A DNA stretch of 64,000 nucleotides from an uncultured delta proteobacterium (GTDB lineage Bacteria; Myxococcota_A; UBA9160; UBA4427): contig CAWGJT010000010.1 of the NCBI GenBank assembly GCA_963822965.1, positions 768,001 to 832,000 on the forward strand, read 5' to 3'. Positions 63,666-64,000 of the stretch are shown here, in pieces. The translations under genes were made by a program, and so were the position numbers. The notes beneath the pieces are model-generated. The model was given only the letters and a program-made list of their open reading frames with translations. It was not told where the DNA came from and did not search any database. The stretch's first letter is position 1, and every line of letters begins with the position of its first letter.

Positions 63666-64000
63666 GTGACGGAGCGAGCGGCGGGACGCTGCTTCGCCTG
63701 GTCGGCGCGGACTTCGGCTACCACGGCCGGGCGATCGTGCACGGGGTGTCCCTGGAAGCGATTCCCGGGGAGTTCGTCGCGCTCGTCGGCGCGAACGGCA
63801 GCGGCAAGACGACCCTGGTGCGCGGGCTGCTGGGTCTGGTGCCGCCTCTCGGCGGCCGCGTCGAACGGAGTCCAAGCCTGCGTCTCGGGTACGTGCCGCA
63901 GCGCGAGACCCTCGACGCCCTGTATCCGCTCTCGGGCTTCGACGTCGCCCTGCTGGGGGCGTGCCGGGACCTGCCGTTCTGGAAGCCGCCCGGTGCGGCG
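63662..64000 (+). CDS. Metal ABC transporter ATP-binding protein (ZnuC-like), truncated by the window end
   Basis: ATG 63662 overlaps the previous TGA; ALVGANGSGKTTL, LGYVPQ. Confidence 0.85.
   Translation, partial: MSDGASGGTLLRLVGADFGYHGRAIVHGVSLEAIPGEFVALVGANGSGKTTLVRGLLGLVPPLGGRVERSPSLRLGYVPQRETLDALYPLSGFDVALLGACRDLPFWKPPGAA

Overview
Very GC-rich (about 70%+ by eye) bacterial chromosomal segment with ~57 protein-coding genes. No rRNA, tRNA, CRISPR array, transposase or phage gene was seen. Outer-membrane barrels and a PEP-CTERM-type protein indicate a diderm; a Myxococcota/deltaproteobacterial-type organism is my inference only. Content is mostly lipid/steroid catabolism and redox housekeeping: a steroid C/D-ring (HIP) catabolic cluster (ipdA-ipdB-ipdC-echA20-two acyl-CoA dehydrogenases-OB-fold-thiolase), an MBOAT/SGNH pair, tesB, an NTT-like transporter-HEAT-cNMP fusion, two sensor kinases, HelD, two Thr-type sulfatase-like hydrolases, a CREST ceramidase, F420-type LLM oxidoreductases, a single-chain acyl-CoA carboxylase, a double CoA-transferase III and the start of a metal-import operon. 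More than ten genes carry single-base frameshifts, most likely long-read indel errors. The two most interesting signals are: (1) a DUF2946/CruR-like uORF (CxxC, C-terminal RAPP arrest motif) whose stop codon is followed directly by an anti-Shine-Dalgarno sequence complementary to the RBS of a downstream porin + metal ABC operon, a candidate metal-sensing ribosome-stalling switch; (2) an exact 213-bp tandem duplication of a highly structured non-coding element ending in hairpin+CTAG, with degenerate dispersed copies elsewhere in the window, a candidate unannotated REP/MITE-like or ncRNA family.
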